From: the human T2T-CHM13v2.0 reference genome, Homo sapiens
NCBI RefSeq assembly: GCF_009914755.1
Contig: NC_060940.1
Reading direction: 5' to 3' (one strand)
Length of the DNA stretch: 64,000 nucleotides
In this document: positions 1 to 24,123 of the stretch, one piece after another
Position numbering within the stretch: position 1 is the stretch's first letter
Layout of the letters: every line of letters starts with the position of its first letter
Made by a program: the position numbers and the translations under genes
The notes under the pieces: model-generated
What the model was told of the DNA's origin: nothing
Databases searched by the model: none
What the model saw: the letters and a program-made list of their open reading frames with translations, nothing else

Positions 1-2294
1 CCTTTGCATGGAAATTTGGCAATATCTATCAAAATTTAAAATGTACATAACTTTTAATCCAGCAAGTCTACTTTCTAGAAATTTATCCTACATATATACT
101 CACACTTAAACAAAATGCCATATGAATAATGTTATTTGTTGCAGCAGGCTTTGTGAAAGAATGGAAATTGTAAACAAGCCAAATGTCCATCATTAGAAGA
201 CTAGCTGAGTAAATTAAACTACTTCCCACAATATTCTGCAATTGTTAAAAAGAATGAAAAAGTTCCATATGACCTGATATGGAAAGATGTTCATGGTGTA
301 AGTTGCATGACTTCTTTATGTAAAAAATATAAAATATGATAAGATGTGCTTGTATAGTCATTAAAAGCTGAAAAAATACACAATGGTTAAGGTAGTTTCC
401 TACAAGGATCAGGATTGAGCCATTGTTATATGAAACACTGCATATAAATGAGAAATTTGCTAACTTGAAATTACTTTTACCCATTTATTAATGGGTAAAA
501 AGTACTTTACTGCTATATTAGTAGTAGTAGTGTTACTAAAGGCATTTAAAAATAAAGTCCTTCTCCCCAAACTGTTCTGCAACTCTTATCATCTACTACC
601 TGCCTGTCATTCCTTACTTGTCATTTAACCTACCCGTCCTCTGCCGACTTTACTAGGACATTCATTACCTAACGCTCTAAATATAATTTTATAGACTGAA
701 ATAGATAGATTTCATACTTCCATCTGCCCTGAGAAGGAATGGTTTACAGTGTACATAAAGGAGTTATATTATAAATGCCACACCAACCACTACAGAGGGA
801 AAGGAAGGGCTCGCTGAGAATTAACTGAAAAGCCAGGCCTATTGCTTTGGCTATGTCACAGTTTGATCAGCAGGAGAGACTGATTTCAACATCTGAGCCT
901 AGCTGTAGCTTCTGGCTGGAACTCTTGAATTTTCAATGAGCTGCTTAATTTCCAAGGACTAGAAGCTGAGTTAGGCATTTATACAGCTGGGAACATCTTC
1001 TGGCATGAGGTTGAAGGTTTTCTTTTGAACATCTTCATTCCTTCATATGATGAATTCCTGGAGATGAGAGTGCACAGCTTGAGTTATTTAATTTCCCATT
1101 AGATTTAGATGTGCAAATATGACAAAGCCCATGTAATTTCACCTAGCCTTTCACATACTAAATTGCAACTCTCTTTACTTCATTCTCTTTGAAATAGGCT
1201 TCATATTAGTGCTGTGATGAAAGCCAGCCCAGATATTATTCTACATTTTGGATTATAATTTTCACCATATTATAATGTTAGGGCATAAGTTATTTCCGAT
1301 ATCTTTGTAGTAATTGGTTGCTTTGTAGATATGGACTTTTTTTGTGTTTGTTTGAAAAAATGAAGGAAAAGATCAGAAGAAGAGAGAAATTTTCCTTTTA
1401 GAAAAATAATTATTTCCTTTTTGAGTTTGTATTCCCATCAAAGTCCGTAATAGTTGACATTGAGCTCTTTGGGAAATGTAGATACACATAAATAGAAATA
1501 GCAAAGATGGCAGTTTCTGAAATAATGTAATCTAGAGGCACCAGAAGGGAATATTTCTTGACTGTTGGTACCCCAAAGTATCTTTCATAACAGCCCTCTT
1601 CAATGCCATGAGTCTCCTCATTCTTTGTATTTCTCAATCCTCTAATAAAACGCAAACATTTTAGAAAAGGCGATCTTTAGAGGCCATGTTCAGTCACTAA
1701 ATTCTATATCCATCATATCACTTGCCAGCGTGAGAAGCTAAGAAGAACTTAAACACAAGATAGGTAACAAGAAGATAGTAGACAGGTATGACAGGGAGGT
1801 CTGTTGGGGAGGCGAAGGAGGAAGGACATTTAGCAATAATGGACTGATACCTATGCATTGAAAAGGTGTTTCACTGGAAAAACAGTGAAAATAGAGGTAC
1901 AAAATAATAGTATCCATCTATTTAATTTCCTAAATATGGCCAAAGGTATAGTGCAACTGGAAATCACATTGGGAATAAAAACAAATGTGTTTAGTAAAGA
2001 AGGTTAGGATTCCAATTCTGCACATACGATGCTCTAAATGAATATGAAACTGTTTCTTAACACCACACGCATATGACTTCTGGGTAAAATATTTACCCTC
2101 CCAAAATTTAACAAATAGCTAAGCTTAAAAGAAAGTGAGAATTCCCCAGGTGATGGGAATACAATGGGAACATAAAGCCAGGGCAGTAGGGGAGTGCATG
2201 GGGAGGCGATTTCAAACCTAGGAACAGGTCCTAGAGCCTGGGAGCTGGGATTCCACCACCCACACAAGCCAAGAAATGCTGCTTCAGGATAGAA

Positions 2295-2518
2295 CAGGCT
2301 TGTCCAACCCGTGGCTTGCAGGCCACATGCGGCCCAGGAAGGCTATGAATGCAGCCCAGCATAAATTTGTAAACTTTCTTAAAACATTATGAGACATTTT
2401 TGTGATTTTTTTTTCAGCTCTTCAGCTATCGTTAGTGTTAGTATATTTTATGTGTGACCCAAGACAATTCTTCTTCTTCTAATGTGGCCCAGGGAAGCCA
2501 AAAGATTGGACACCTATG
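2295..2518. mobile_element. MER30 hAT-Charlie MITE
   Basis: TIR-like CAGGCTTGTCCAA / TTGGACACCTATG; 8-bp TSD GGATAGAA/GGGTAGAA. Confidence 0.88.
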
Positions 2519-2699
2519 GGGTAGAAGGAGGAGAGGAGCTGGAACTGAGGCTTCCATATAAAACAAAGGCCCTTGAAGGGCTGCTCAGACTGGCAATTAT
2601 CTGCTGTCAACTATGAAAACTCCACCCACCAGCTCAGCAAAGCAGTAAAGCAGTTTTTACCTGCCTGAAATGTTGATTAGAGAGAATGCCGCTGTGAGA

Positions 2700-6070
<3,371 letters not shown>

Positions 6071-9000
6071 GAAAAATCATAAGTTAAATGGTAAGATACA
6101 TGTTTGTTCTTTACGTTCACTTTCACTTGGTAAATTTGGCAGATAAAATGGTTTTAGAAAACATCCAGTAATGTTGCAGTGTTTCATTTCCAGAGGCCTA
6201 TTGCCAGATAGAAACTCAGTCTACAATCAAAGGTGAATACTGTAAACACCTCAGTAAATATATATTTTTCAGTTCAGTTTATATTCAACTAAATCCCTGG
6301 AATTTCTGGCAGTCATCAACATAGGGAGGACAAAATATATCAATCCCAAATGAAAACTACAGGAGTAACACATCTTCAGGACTGTCTATATATGAAATAC
6401 TGAGATCTAATGTTCCTTAAATGAGGAGTCTGGGTAAATCTCTTTGTAAAATAAATAATTGTTTTTGAAGATATTTGTAAGTTCCCAGTTTCAAATGTTT
6501 TATTTTCCTGATATGTTACATACCTATAAAAGTTCAAAAGTAGAGAACTCAGTTTTCCAGCATTGTTAACCTTCCACAATACTGAAAGAGTAACTCAAGC
6601 ATGCTTTGGAGGAACAGAGTTGAAACCTGAGACTGATCTATCTACCCATCTATTTGCTCATATATCTACTATTTTTTTCCATCCATCTGATGCTCAGGTA
6701 ATCCTCTGAGATGGCTTTCACATGTCCATTCCAGACTGTTCCAGCATTTTGCATTCAAGTGAAAATCCATGACTGTTAATTTATAAATACTGCATTGACA
6801 AATGACAGGTAAGAAATAATGATTTGTAAGAATTGCATTATGTCTAGGATTTTATTAATCTTAAAAAAATCAACTTAGAATTTCTACTAGGTAACATTAA
6901 AATGTATCTGTATACTTACTAAGAACCAGGTTAAAAACAAAAATAAATAAAGTATCACCCATGTGAACTTAATAGCACAAAAGTATTTTTACTAATTTTA
7001 TGTGTATTAAAATTTTATGTATTGCTAATATTTAGCTATTAATACCTACTCAAATATATCAACATTTTGAAGAAATGCAAAAGCTGCTAAAGTGTTAAGA
7101 ACTCTGAGAAATTGTAGGAAAAATGCAAATGAGACATCAGAGAAGAGCTCACAAAGACTAGGAAATTGAAATGGAGCCTTAGGAAAAAAGAAGTCAGAGA
7201 AGGAAGAAGAAAGGGAGCTTCTGAAAATGAGAAGAGTAATGTGCTGAAGGGCTTATCAAAGAAAAGTCCCAGATACAAATGCTTCACTAGCTGTAAACGA
7301 TGAGGACCAGTTTATCATGTAAAATGAGAATACTAACCTGCAGACTACATTTCATGGTACTGGGAACCAAAAGTAAGTGCATCAAATAAATATATTAAAT
7401 GTCACAGTGGGATATTTCACTGAAACCTCCACTCAGTTATGAGAGCTATTTTTATTACACACACGAGAAGCAAAAAAATGTGAAACAATTTATATACAAG
7501 AGGGCACAAAGATGGAATCACTGTCTGTATTTAACAATAAACCATGTGACTATTTTGAGTTTAACAATCATACCAGTTAAGTGTTGTATCAAAGATAGCT
7601 GATTGTTTATCATGAAATATAAATAAATATGAATAAAATGTGTTGCTATTTTATGAATAACAAAAACTGCTAGAACTACATATGTTCAGTAGTTTATGTC
7701 ACTAATCTCTGGAGATATCAAAAATCATAATGCAAACTTCCACAAAGTATCACAGATTTGAGGCATAAACAGAGCTTCCCAAAACTTAAAGTAGAAAGAA
7801 GATGGTATCATCACAAGCTTAAAATCAATGTCTATTAGTAGTTGCTTTTCAGCCCTAAACAGATTCATGTCAGCTTCACTGAGGATATTGACTATGGCGT
7901 AACCTCATAGGTTTGACTACGTAAAAACCTCATCTCCCTGAGTTTCTTCCAAAAGTAGATGAGAAGCAAATGTGAGAAGCCTTGAACCAAGTGAAATATT
8001 AATTAGGTTCATGTACAGTTTGAAGTGTTTTGGGTTTGCTTGCTTTTGTTTTTTGCTAGTGTAAGCCTTTAAATACATACACATTTGTTTCTAAACAAAC
8101 TGATTTATTAGGTGAATTTTAGGTTTTATTTTTGTTGGAGAGATAATGTTATTAGAAAAAAAAACACAAAAAAGTTGAGGTTACATTCCACTCCCCAGAG
8201 GCAAACATTTTCAAATATTTTAGCTGTTTCTCTTTGTGGTTATCTTCATATTTCTAAATAATATGTTTAAACTTCTGTATCTTGATTCATCAATTCTGGG
8301 TGTTCAACTATTGACTTACCATATCATTTTTCACTTACATCCATTTCCTATCCCCAATTTTTCCAACACAAATATATCTATTTTCTTTTTTAGTTAAAGC
8401 AATATTCAATTTGTATTTACTGGATATTTAAATATCACTCAGTGCTGAGTTAAGTTGTTAACTATGATTACCTCTCCTTTTTGTGCAACTGGTTTTTTTT
8501 TTTTTGAGTCAATAATTGTTCCTCCTTAAAATTTGCTGAGACTTCTAGACCCTACCATACCCATTAATAGCAATTCAATTCAACTTTCCACACGGTAAAA
8601 CCAATCAGAAGATTATTTTGCCCTAGAGCCCTCCATCCCCCACTTCCAGTTGGGACTGGTTGCTCTCTAGGCCTAATGTATAGCTGTCATCCTGGGGTTT
8701 TCCTTCAGCATCATCCTGAGAATTCTCTACACACCTTTTTTGCTTCCTGAATCTCATGCCTCCTTTTTGTTGTTTAGTCCCTCATTGTGGTGGAGCGCAT
8801 CATTCTTTAGCTTCCTGAGAAAAGACAAATGGATAAGGAAGGGAGCTGAGGGGTGTCACCATTCAAAATGCACATTTTAACTGAACCCTCCTATTTCCAG
8901 TCCAACATGTCACTCCCTTTCCTTCTTCCTCCGTTTTTAACCTCTTCATGATAGGCTCTGAAATAAAAATTATTTCAGGGAAAGTAATTGTCAAAACTAA

Positions 9001-11558
9001 AATATATTTCATTTGCAACAGACAGGATTTGTTCTAGGAAAAATGAATTTATAGGTCCAAAGCTTGGAGTAGTCAGAGTAAAGGGTCTTTACCATAAGTC
9101 ATAAAGTAGGTAGGTTATAAGTTATGAAGTAAGGGCATTTCCCAATACAAAGGGTGAAAGTAAAAGCCCTTTCTGAGCTCCAGGAGGGCATCTTGGGGCG
9201 GGGGGACCAAAAAAAAAAAAAAAGAGAAGAGAAAACAAACAAACAAACAAACAAAAAAACAAGAGAGTAAAAGAATGGAGACGCAACAAGAGCCTACTTT
9301 CTCCCCTGCCATCTTGGAATCAAAATCTCAGGGAATGATAGAGACTCACAGACAGGCATTACAAAACAAGTGGGCACGCTCGTGCTCCACTTCTCAGAGC
9401 ATAGCCCAGGAAGCCGCAAATACAGCAGAGTGGCAAGGTAAAACGTGCTGAGAGGAAGACAGTGTCATGGCAGGATGTCACTACATGATACTTATGACTA
9501 TGGATCCCAGTTACACCCAGAAGATGCCAACACACAATGCTCAAGGTAGAAGGGAAGCCAGCTGGACTGCTTTACTGCAATTGCAGGTCAGAACACAAAA
9601 ACCAGATACTCTTCCCCAGGAAGTATCAGAAACCACCTAGGAACTCAGATCATCCTGTAGGTACTCAGGAAGACACAACAGGGAAGTGTGCCTGATTTGT
9701 TGGTCAGTGTTGTGAAGGCGTGGTGAGCTCTTCCAGGCTGACGACACATAGCTGACGTGGCTGAGGATGTAGAAGCTGAGTATGATACAAGACTGTCCAT
9801 GAAGGGCCATTTTCCTGTTCAGATGATCCCTTTTTATTCTACCTCACTGAAGTGAAACTGAGTTATTCTAGAACACAGTGGACCAAGAGAAAACTGTCAG
9901 CAGGACTCAGGCAAACAAACTCCTGGCATCCTCCTCAATAAGTCAGATACACATTCTCTTTTTCCAGAGCCCATATGAAAGGTCTGAGACTCTGAGGGTG
10001 GCACCTATTAATTATCTGGTAGCAGAAAAAACAGTTGGACTGAAGCTTGCAAGAGTGGGTATTAATCCCATTCTCTCAATAACTATCTCTACGACCTTGA
10101 ACCAGTCACATCTCTTCTCTCAGCTTCAGTTAGCTCATCTGTAATTGAAGGAGTTGAACTGTGCCTTTGTCCTATGGGTCATCTGAGCATTTAAGCAGGA
10201 AAAGCAGCTAAACATTTTTAGGAGGGTGACAGGGATAAAAATTAGATTTCAACCACACTGTAGTTAATATTAAATGGCTACCTAATCAGACCTCTCTTCC
10301 AAATTAATCTGTAATGATTTCGATTGTAACTTACAGTTTGTGAAGTGCTTGCTTCTATATTTTTCTCCCATCAACCAATGTGAGGTAAGTAGGGCAGGCA
10401 TTTTTATCTCCATTATTTTCCTCCTCAGGGTAATGTACAATTCTCACTCTAGGATTCCCATAGTCTACAGCAGCAATTCTCCAAGCATGGTCATAGGCCA
10501 CTTGCATAAAGTCTCTGAAGGACACCTATTACAAATTCCTCTTCCTGGACTCTATTCCAGACCCACTAAATCAGAATCTCTAAGGCTGAGGCCCTGAGAT
10601 TTGTTTGCATTTTTGACATAACATCTCCATGTGGTTTTTATATAAACTAAATTTGAAAATCACTAGTTTAAAAAAATATATTTGGGGGTACAAGTGCAGG
10701 TTCCTTGCATGCATATATTGTATGGTGATGAAGTCTGGGCTTTTAGTGCACCCATCACCTGATTAGTGAACCCAATAGGTAGTCTTTCAATCCTCATACC
10801 CCTCCCACCTGCCCACTGTTTAGAGCCTCCAGTGTGTAAAGGGAGCTAACATTTGAGGTCCTATTATGTGTCAGGCACTATCCTGGCTGCTTCATATGTG
10901 CTCTTTCATTCAATATGCATAACAACTCAATAAAGTGCATATATATAAATATAATACTATATATGCATAGATAGTTTGTCAATAAACTATTTTGGAGTAC
11001 TTTTATATTTATGAAAAAGTTGCAAAGACAGCAGTGATAACATACCCCTCACCCAGTTTCATTGCTCCTATTGTTATTACCTTATGTTACCTTGCTTAGT
11101 TTGTCAAAATTAAAAAATCAGCACAACATTGGTACATTACTGTCAATTAAACTCTCAATTTTATTCAAATTTCACCAGCTTTTTCATTAATGTATTTTTG
11201 TATGTTCTATAATCTAGTCCAGGATACCACATTACTTTAGTTGTCCTGTCTCCTTTGTCTCCTCTGATCTGTGACAGTTTCTCATTCTTTTCTTGTTTTT
11301 CATCACCTTGACAGTTTTTAGGAGTCCTGGTCAAAGTAGCACAAAATAGTAGAATGTTCCTTATGTTTGGTTTGTCTGATGGTTTTCTCATGATTAGGCT
11401 GGGGTTGTGGGTTTTTAGAGAGAATACAACAACGGGAAAGTGTCTTTCTCATCACCTAATTATCAAGGGGTACATAATATCTATATGATATCACTTGGTG
11501 ATATTAATAAAGTCTATGCTTGTAATCCCAATTCAACCAAATAGGAAACAAGTTTATC

Positions 11559-17745
<6,187 letters not shown>

Positions 17746-18207
17746 AGGAAACAAGTTTATCAAGCCTAATGTTTCATAACTGCTAAGTGGCAGAACCAGG
17801 ATAAAGTTTAATTTCTTTTCTCTGCCATTTTGGTTGCAAGTGACCACTCTAGTTTTATTCTCTTCCCATAAAACCCTCCATTTCAGCTCAACTTGCCATT
17901 CTTCCCTGTTGTTTCTTGCTGCACTCCACTCCCCCATGTTTTCCAAGTCTTTTTCAGTGTTCAGCTCAAATCCAATCTGCTCATTGAAATCCTCCATGAT
18001 CCCCAACACACTCTTCTTCCATGAAATTCTAGATGCTCCTCTAATTTTCCACTTAGCACATATTGTCATAACTGCTGTCTTTCCAAGCCAAAATGGAACA
18101 ATAATGGGGAGAGACCAGCCTGTATGTGAATCCATTTGCTCCTGAGCTGAATGACATTGGTGTCTTACCTTCTGTAGTCCTTCACACTGTATTCAGAGGA
18201 ATGCTTC

Positions 18208-18639
18208 TGTTAAAACAAACTAAATATGGCCTGAGAAGGACTCTGTACTTCTATATTTGAGTCCTTGTGGATGAACTGCAAGCTAACTTAATAGGTAGAC
18301 AAGACTGAAAACCTAACTTCGGAGTATGTGCCTCTAACAATCACTGAGTCTTGGCCAATCCCAGCAGCCATACTTCAACCAGTCATAGACTGCTGAGTGT
18401 TCAAACTGTGTTCAAATAAGGCAGACGTCAAGCTGTAACCAATCCATCTGTTTCTGTACCTCACTTCCGATTTCTGTATGTCACTTTACTTTTTTTGTCT
18501 ATAAATTTGTTCTGACCACAAGGCACCCCTGGAGTGTCTTTGAATCTGCTGTGATTCTGGGGGCTGGCCAATTCACGAATCGTTCATTGCTCAATTAAAC
18601 TCCTTTAAATTTAATTCGGCTGAAGTTTTTCTTTTAACA
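18208..18639 (+). mobile_element. ERV1 solo LTR, MER57 family
   Basis: TGTTAAAA...TTTTAACA termini; 4-bp TSD CTTC; CCAAT boxes, TATAAA and ATTAAA signals. Confidence 0.85.
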
Positions 18640-20059
18640 CTTCTAAATTGCAAATCTAATTATACGATTACCATGCTTAAGACTTTTCAATGACTCCCTA
18701 TTATTTACAAAATCCAAATGTCTACCCTTAACATATAAGGCTCTTATGATCTAAGCCTTGCCCATTATTTCATTTTCGCTCTAGCCATCACATCACACTC
18801 CACTCCACAATATCCTGCATTCCAGTCATGATGAACTATTGGCGATTTCTAAGTGCCCTGTGACCCTTCTGAGCCCTATGCCCCTACACATGCTCTATTA
18901 TCAGTGAGGAGACCATTATAGAAGACTCCAGCTCACCCTGGCTGATACAACAAGGACGATGATAACATTGTGTCATAGGAACGTGAAAAGTAGGGAAGCT
19001 GTCCAGCAACTCAACAATGCCATCAAAGACCCAGGATCTTTGCATCTGTTTGCTTTGCCATCCTCAGAAAATGTGATTTGTCCTCAGGTTGGCTCCCTTC
19101 ATAATCACAACATGGCTGTGGCAGGTTTAAGCATTCCTTCCCAGCACAGCAATGCCTAGAGACAAAAATAAAAAATAAAAATAAAAGAGCTACCTCTTCC
19201 AACGTTTCCCTCTTAAGGTCAAGAGACATTTCCAAAGCCCTCCCAGCAGACTTTTTCTTATATCTCACTGGCCAGAACTGGTTCATATGCCCACTTCCCT
19301 AAGCTAATCAAACAAGAGGAATGGGCCTATCATAATTATCTTAGACCAATCAGTGCTTATTCCTTATTCCTAAAGGCAGGGATAGAGTCACTCTCCCTTG
19401 GGTCAAGTAGAGGAGGGGACACTTGAGCAAAATCTCAACTCTGCCAAAAGGAAGGTAATTGGTATTGGGTGGGCAGGCAGAGGTATCTGCCACACTGCTG
19501 TTACTGCCTTATCCTTCTTGTCTACTAGGCAAACTCCTTCTTATCCTTTAAGACTCAGCTCAAATATTACCTCTTTCAGGAAGCCTTCTCTGATATAACC
19601 AAGCAGAATTGAATTCTTCTTCTTCTGATCCCCCATATTACTGGGTTCATACCTCTATGATAGCACTTATTACATAGCTATAATTCTGCTACCTTTAGAA
19701 AAGGTGAAACCTTGGAAGAAAGCACTATTTTCTATTAATATTTGAGTCTAACTTTGTTGAAGGAAAGAGAAGGGAAAAGAGGAAGAAAGGAAGGAAAGAA
19801 AAAAGGAAAAGAACCTCTCTCTCAGACTGTTCATCTGCAAAATAGGGATAATTTTACTTTCTAATTGTTGCAAAGATTAAATAGAATAATATACAGAAAG
19901 CACTCAATAGAGTTCTAACACACAGAATCCTACATATTTTTTTAACAACACGGACCTTATTTTGTATTTTTTCATACTATCCTGCCATCCTTTACACACA
20001 TTTCCTAGAACAACACTTTGTACAAGTATAGTTGCTCAATAAATATGTTAGTAGTTTAC

Positions 20060-21295
20060 CTCAATCTAAAAATAAATTGCAGATTACTGAACAAATTAAG
20101 CAACCAGCTCAGTTTGCCATATCTTGCTTTCCTTTATTAGATTCCCTTAAAAAATTTTAATAACATTTCCTAAATTTTCTATTAACAGAACTCTTAATAG
20201 AAGCTTTCCTGCAATCATCCAAAACCTTAGATCTGCACTCTCCCCTTCGGCAACCTTTCACTAGACACTCTTGTTCTACACTCTACTCTCATCAGTATTC
20301 TGGGCTTCATTTCAGATCTGTCCTTCTGAGGTATGCCTCCCTCCCCTTCCTAACACTTCTTTGTTGCTAAAAATAAGTGATGTCCCTTCAGAGCAAAAAC
20401 ACTTGGCAAATCAGTTAGCTTTTATAGGTACAGCTTTATACTGGTCTCTGTGAGATTGGGGAATGGATGAATTAAATAAAGGAAGAAGCTCACCACCATC
20501 TTCTTCTCTCCATGTACTCCTGCATTCCTCAAAGGAGTTTACAAAACCCGTGTAAAAATAGTAATGCCACACTCATCAAAAATGCACAGCTAAAGGATGC
20601 TAACTGAGACTTTGCAGAATGCTAAACAGTAAATAAAACAGCCAGCTCAGAAGATCACCAGAAAACATTTTGAGGAAGCATTTAATTAAAGGGCCCCAGG
20701 CCTAACTCAACAAAGTAGAGCTGTTGGTGATGATGATTTAACAACCACGCTTTTCCAAGGAAAACCGGAGCATATAACATAGCCAATTTCCTTTAGATTA
20801 CAATGAATATCTTTTGGACTTCTCTTACCTAAATTATCTCTTGGTATGACACTGTCAGCTTGGGTTCTACCTGTACTCAGTTCCTTATATATCCTGTGTT
20901 GCTGTTTGATATTAACCCTGAAAGTAGCATTGATATATTACCTAAAATATCCTTTTCACCTATTATTCAACTACTTTGACATACTCTATTTCCCTACAAG
21001 TGAAAATTTTCTATTAACTATGTTTAATAATCCTTACAACTGGTATATGTATAAATAAATATATTCATGTGGATGGATCCATATGTTCATGAGTATCAAG
21101 GCATGAACATATTGCATACATGTATATACTCATGCACAAATTTGTATATGTACATAACCGAAAGTGAATGTACCTGAAAACGAAATGTGGTTTGACCACT
21201 TTGCACTTCTGAAACTCATCTCTGGAGTTGCATTGTCCTAATTTCTTTGAATGAAAGTAGTGAAATTGCAGCACAAACTAAAATTGCTTAGAGGC
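20060..21295 (-). pseudogene. Cluster of four fossil exons (21295-21174, 20917-20829, 20621-20494, 20145-20060)
   Basis: Donors CAG|GTACAT, TAG|GTAAGA, GTG|GTGAGC, GAG|GTAAAC with pyrimidine-rich acceptors; translate RIYKELSTGRTQ, HSAKSQLASFSCA/FDECG/YFYTGFVN..WREEDG and GNLIKE. Confidence 0.6.
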
Positions 21296-21540
21296 CTAAA
21301 TTTAAAGGTAACTAGCTCAATTTAGTACTCAATTAATGCTACTCTGTTTAATCTGTTGGCAATTGTGTCAACCTGCTTGTCAACTACTATCTTCTGATTT
21401 TTTTTTAACCTCACCTCAAAAACCATTCTATATTCTCTTTATTTTCTTGAGTTCATACCAAGCTCCCTACCTGCTATTCAGTATTTCATACATATCCTTA
21501 GGGCCATGGTTCTCAAAACCTGATTTCTAGGCCTCTGGTT

Positions 21541-21784
<244 letters not shown>

Positions 21785-22774
21785 CTAATGTAGATTGATA
21801 TTATCATAGAATCACAGAACAGAAAGAGTAGGTCAAAATCCCAACAATGTTATAATTGATGGGGTATCCAGCTATTAACTTACTATCTTCAGTGCTGGGA
21901 AACTGATAGCCATCCAAAAGCATGCCTTCCAATCATAACAATGCTGTCTCATACATCAAGATAATAACTGTCTTCCTGTAGTTTCTACCATTCAAATATT
22001 TATCATAAGCCTAGTAGAGTGACTAATCTATAGTAGCTAACCATTGAGCCACTGACCCCTTTGAGAATCTAATAAAAATGATGGGCCCTGTTCATAGAAA
22101 ACTACACATGAAAAACAATTTTTCTCACAATTTCAGAAAGCTTGCAAGTTATGTGAAGCCCCTTCATCCACGGACCCCCAGGTAAAGACTCCCTCACTCC
22201 TGTTTTTTACTGAGTAGAGAAATGGAGAGATAAGCCATGGTTTCCTCCCTCAAGGACCTTACTTTCTAATAGCAAATGCATGTGAAACAGTTAATAGTAA
22301 TAAGGCAGGATATGGTTAAGTACTAATCATACACTGAGAGACAGAAAATTCTACTTCTGACAACACAGCAAGATAAAATTCTTGCAAATGGCCACTGTAC
22401 ACTCACATTCCATAATGGAGATAAAGTCTTTGTTGAGTTCTGAGAAGCATCATCTGACAGCACAGCACCAGGGAGCAGAAGAAGGTTCTGGTCATGGCCT
22501 GGTACATGGTACTTAACAAATTTTTAATGAATAAATAAACAACCATTTACTTATCAGTTGTTTAAAATGCTCCCTGACCTTCCTGAGAAGAAAGTTGAAA
22601 AAAACAATAAAATAATTTAACTACCTCCAAGCTTCTTTAGGAACAGCATTTCCATTTATCCCACCACTTAATCCAAAAATGTCAGTCTTTCTAAACTCAA
22701 AATAAAACTCTATGAGACATGTTTTAGATGAGTGGGAAAGGTTAAAAGAAATGTGTCCAAAGTTACAAAAACAA

Positions 22775-22955
22775 CACTGCAGAATAGAATCCAGAAGGTT
22801 CTCATTCCAATGGGATCTCAAGAAGGAACCACTGGTACTTCCATTTTAATGTCTTAATAATGACATCTTCTAACAGAATAATTGGACAGCTTTAAGAAAG
22901 TGGTTAATTTTCTCTGAAATCCAGATGTTACCCTGCTTTCTTTATATGGGGAGAC
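22775..22955 (-). pseudogene. Fossil WD40 exon (..PI..IWISEK..VQLF / EDVIIKT / *NGSTSGSFLRS)
   Basis: Acceptor ccttacccaatcttcaAG; needs two frameshifts; resembles QLFSxSxDxxIKxWxxxxGxxL; 3' end uncertain. Confidence 0.5.
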
Positions 22956-22989
22956 CTTGAAGATTGGGTAAGGAAATACCATCAAATAA

Positions 22990-23328
<339 letters not shown>

Positions 23329-23392
23329 CATAATCATTTCTATTTGCTCTCAAAATTGCTCTGTAATGAAACACAAAATATTTTATTCTAAC

Positions 23393-23534
23393 CAGGATTG
23401 TTGTTCTTTTGTTCTTCACATGCATATTATGTATTATAAAGATGGTTTTGTTTGGTGTCATTTTGCTTAAGTAAAAGGATTTTAACTGAAGGCAAAATCT
23501 TGCAAGAGAGTCGAAGGAGTTAACACTCTACCAA
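23393..23534 (-). pseudogene. Fossil WD40 exon [45 protein letters not shown]
   Basis: Acceptor atttcacttatAG, donor CTG|GTTAGA; 45 open codons; parallels GVNxFDY...xIxLWNPYVxxKPxGxL of the family. Confidence 0.65.
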
Positions 23535-24123
23535 CTATAAGTGAAATATATAGCTTCATTTAACTCCTTATAATGTCTTTTCCCAGATAAATCAAAGAAT
23601 TAATGTAATATAAAGAGGGATCAGAATGTATGAGTTCAGGTCCCAGCTCTACCATCTAATCATTACATGGCCTCAAATCAAATCAAATCAGACTGAGGTC
23701 AGTCTGAGCCTCAGTTTTGCCACCAGTAAAATAAAACTGATAGGATAATAAGACTTGCTTCATTGCCCTCCATGGTTGAATTGAGGTTTTTGTGAGATTA
23801 TTCACACGAAGATAGTCCTTTAAAACTCTGTATCAGTGTTGAGACAATATAGTTTCACCCAGAAGAGATGCTTAGTTGGTTAAGTTAGATCTACTGGGAT
23901 AGTTGGATCTACCTCCACCCGTGTAGTATCAGAGCCTTAGGGGTCAAATTGGAGTAGTGGGTATAGGAGTTAAGATCACTGCCACACATACTTCTCCTTC
24001 ACCTTCTACTGTACCTCAGCCCAGCACTACTAGGATCCTAACTAGCTAAACAGCATCTGAGTTGCCCCTAATTTCATGAACATTCAAAGCTATTTTGGGG
24101 AAAGGTAAGACACATTTAATTAC

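Noticed and set aside
475-500. 11-bp inverted repeat (a similar 9-bp palindrome is at 23688-23707)
   Set aside because: Short AT-rich or MIR-embedded quasi-palindromes with no functional context.
7690-7910. Open minus-strand frame of about 58 codons
   Set aside because: No clear splice boundaries or recognisable motif.
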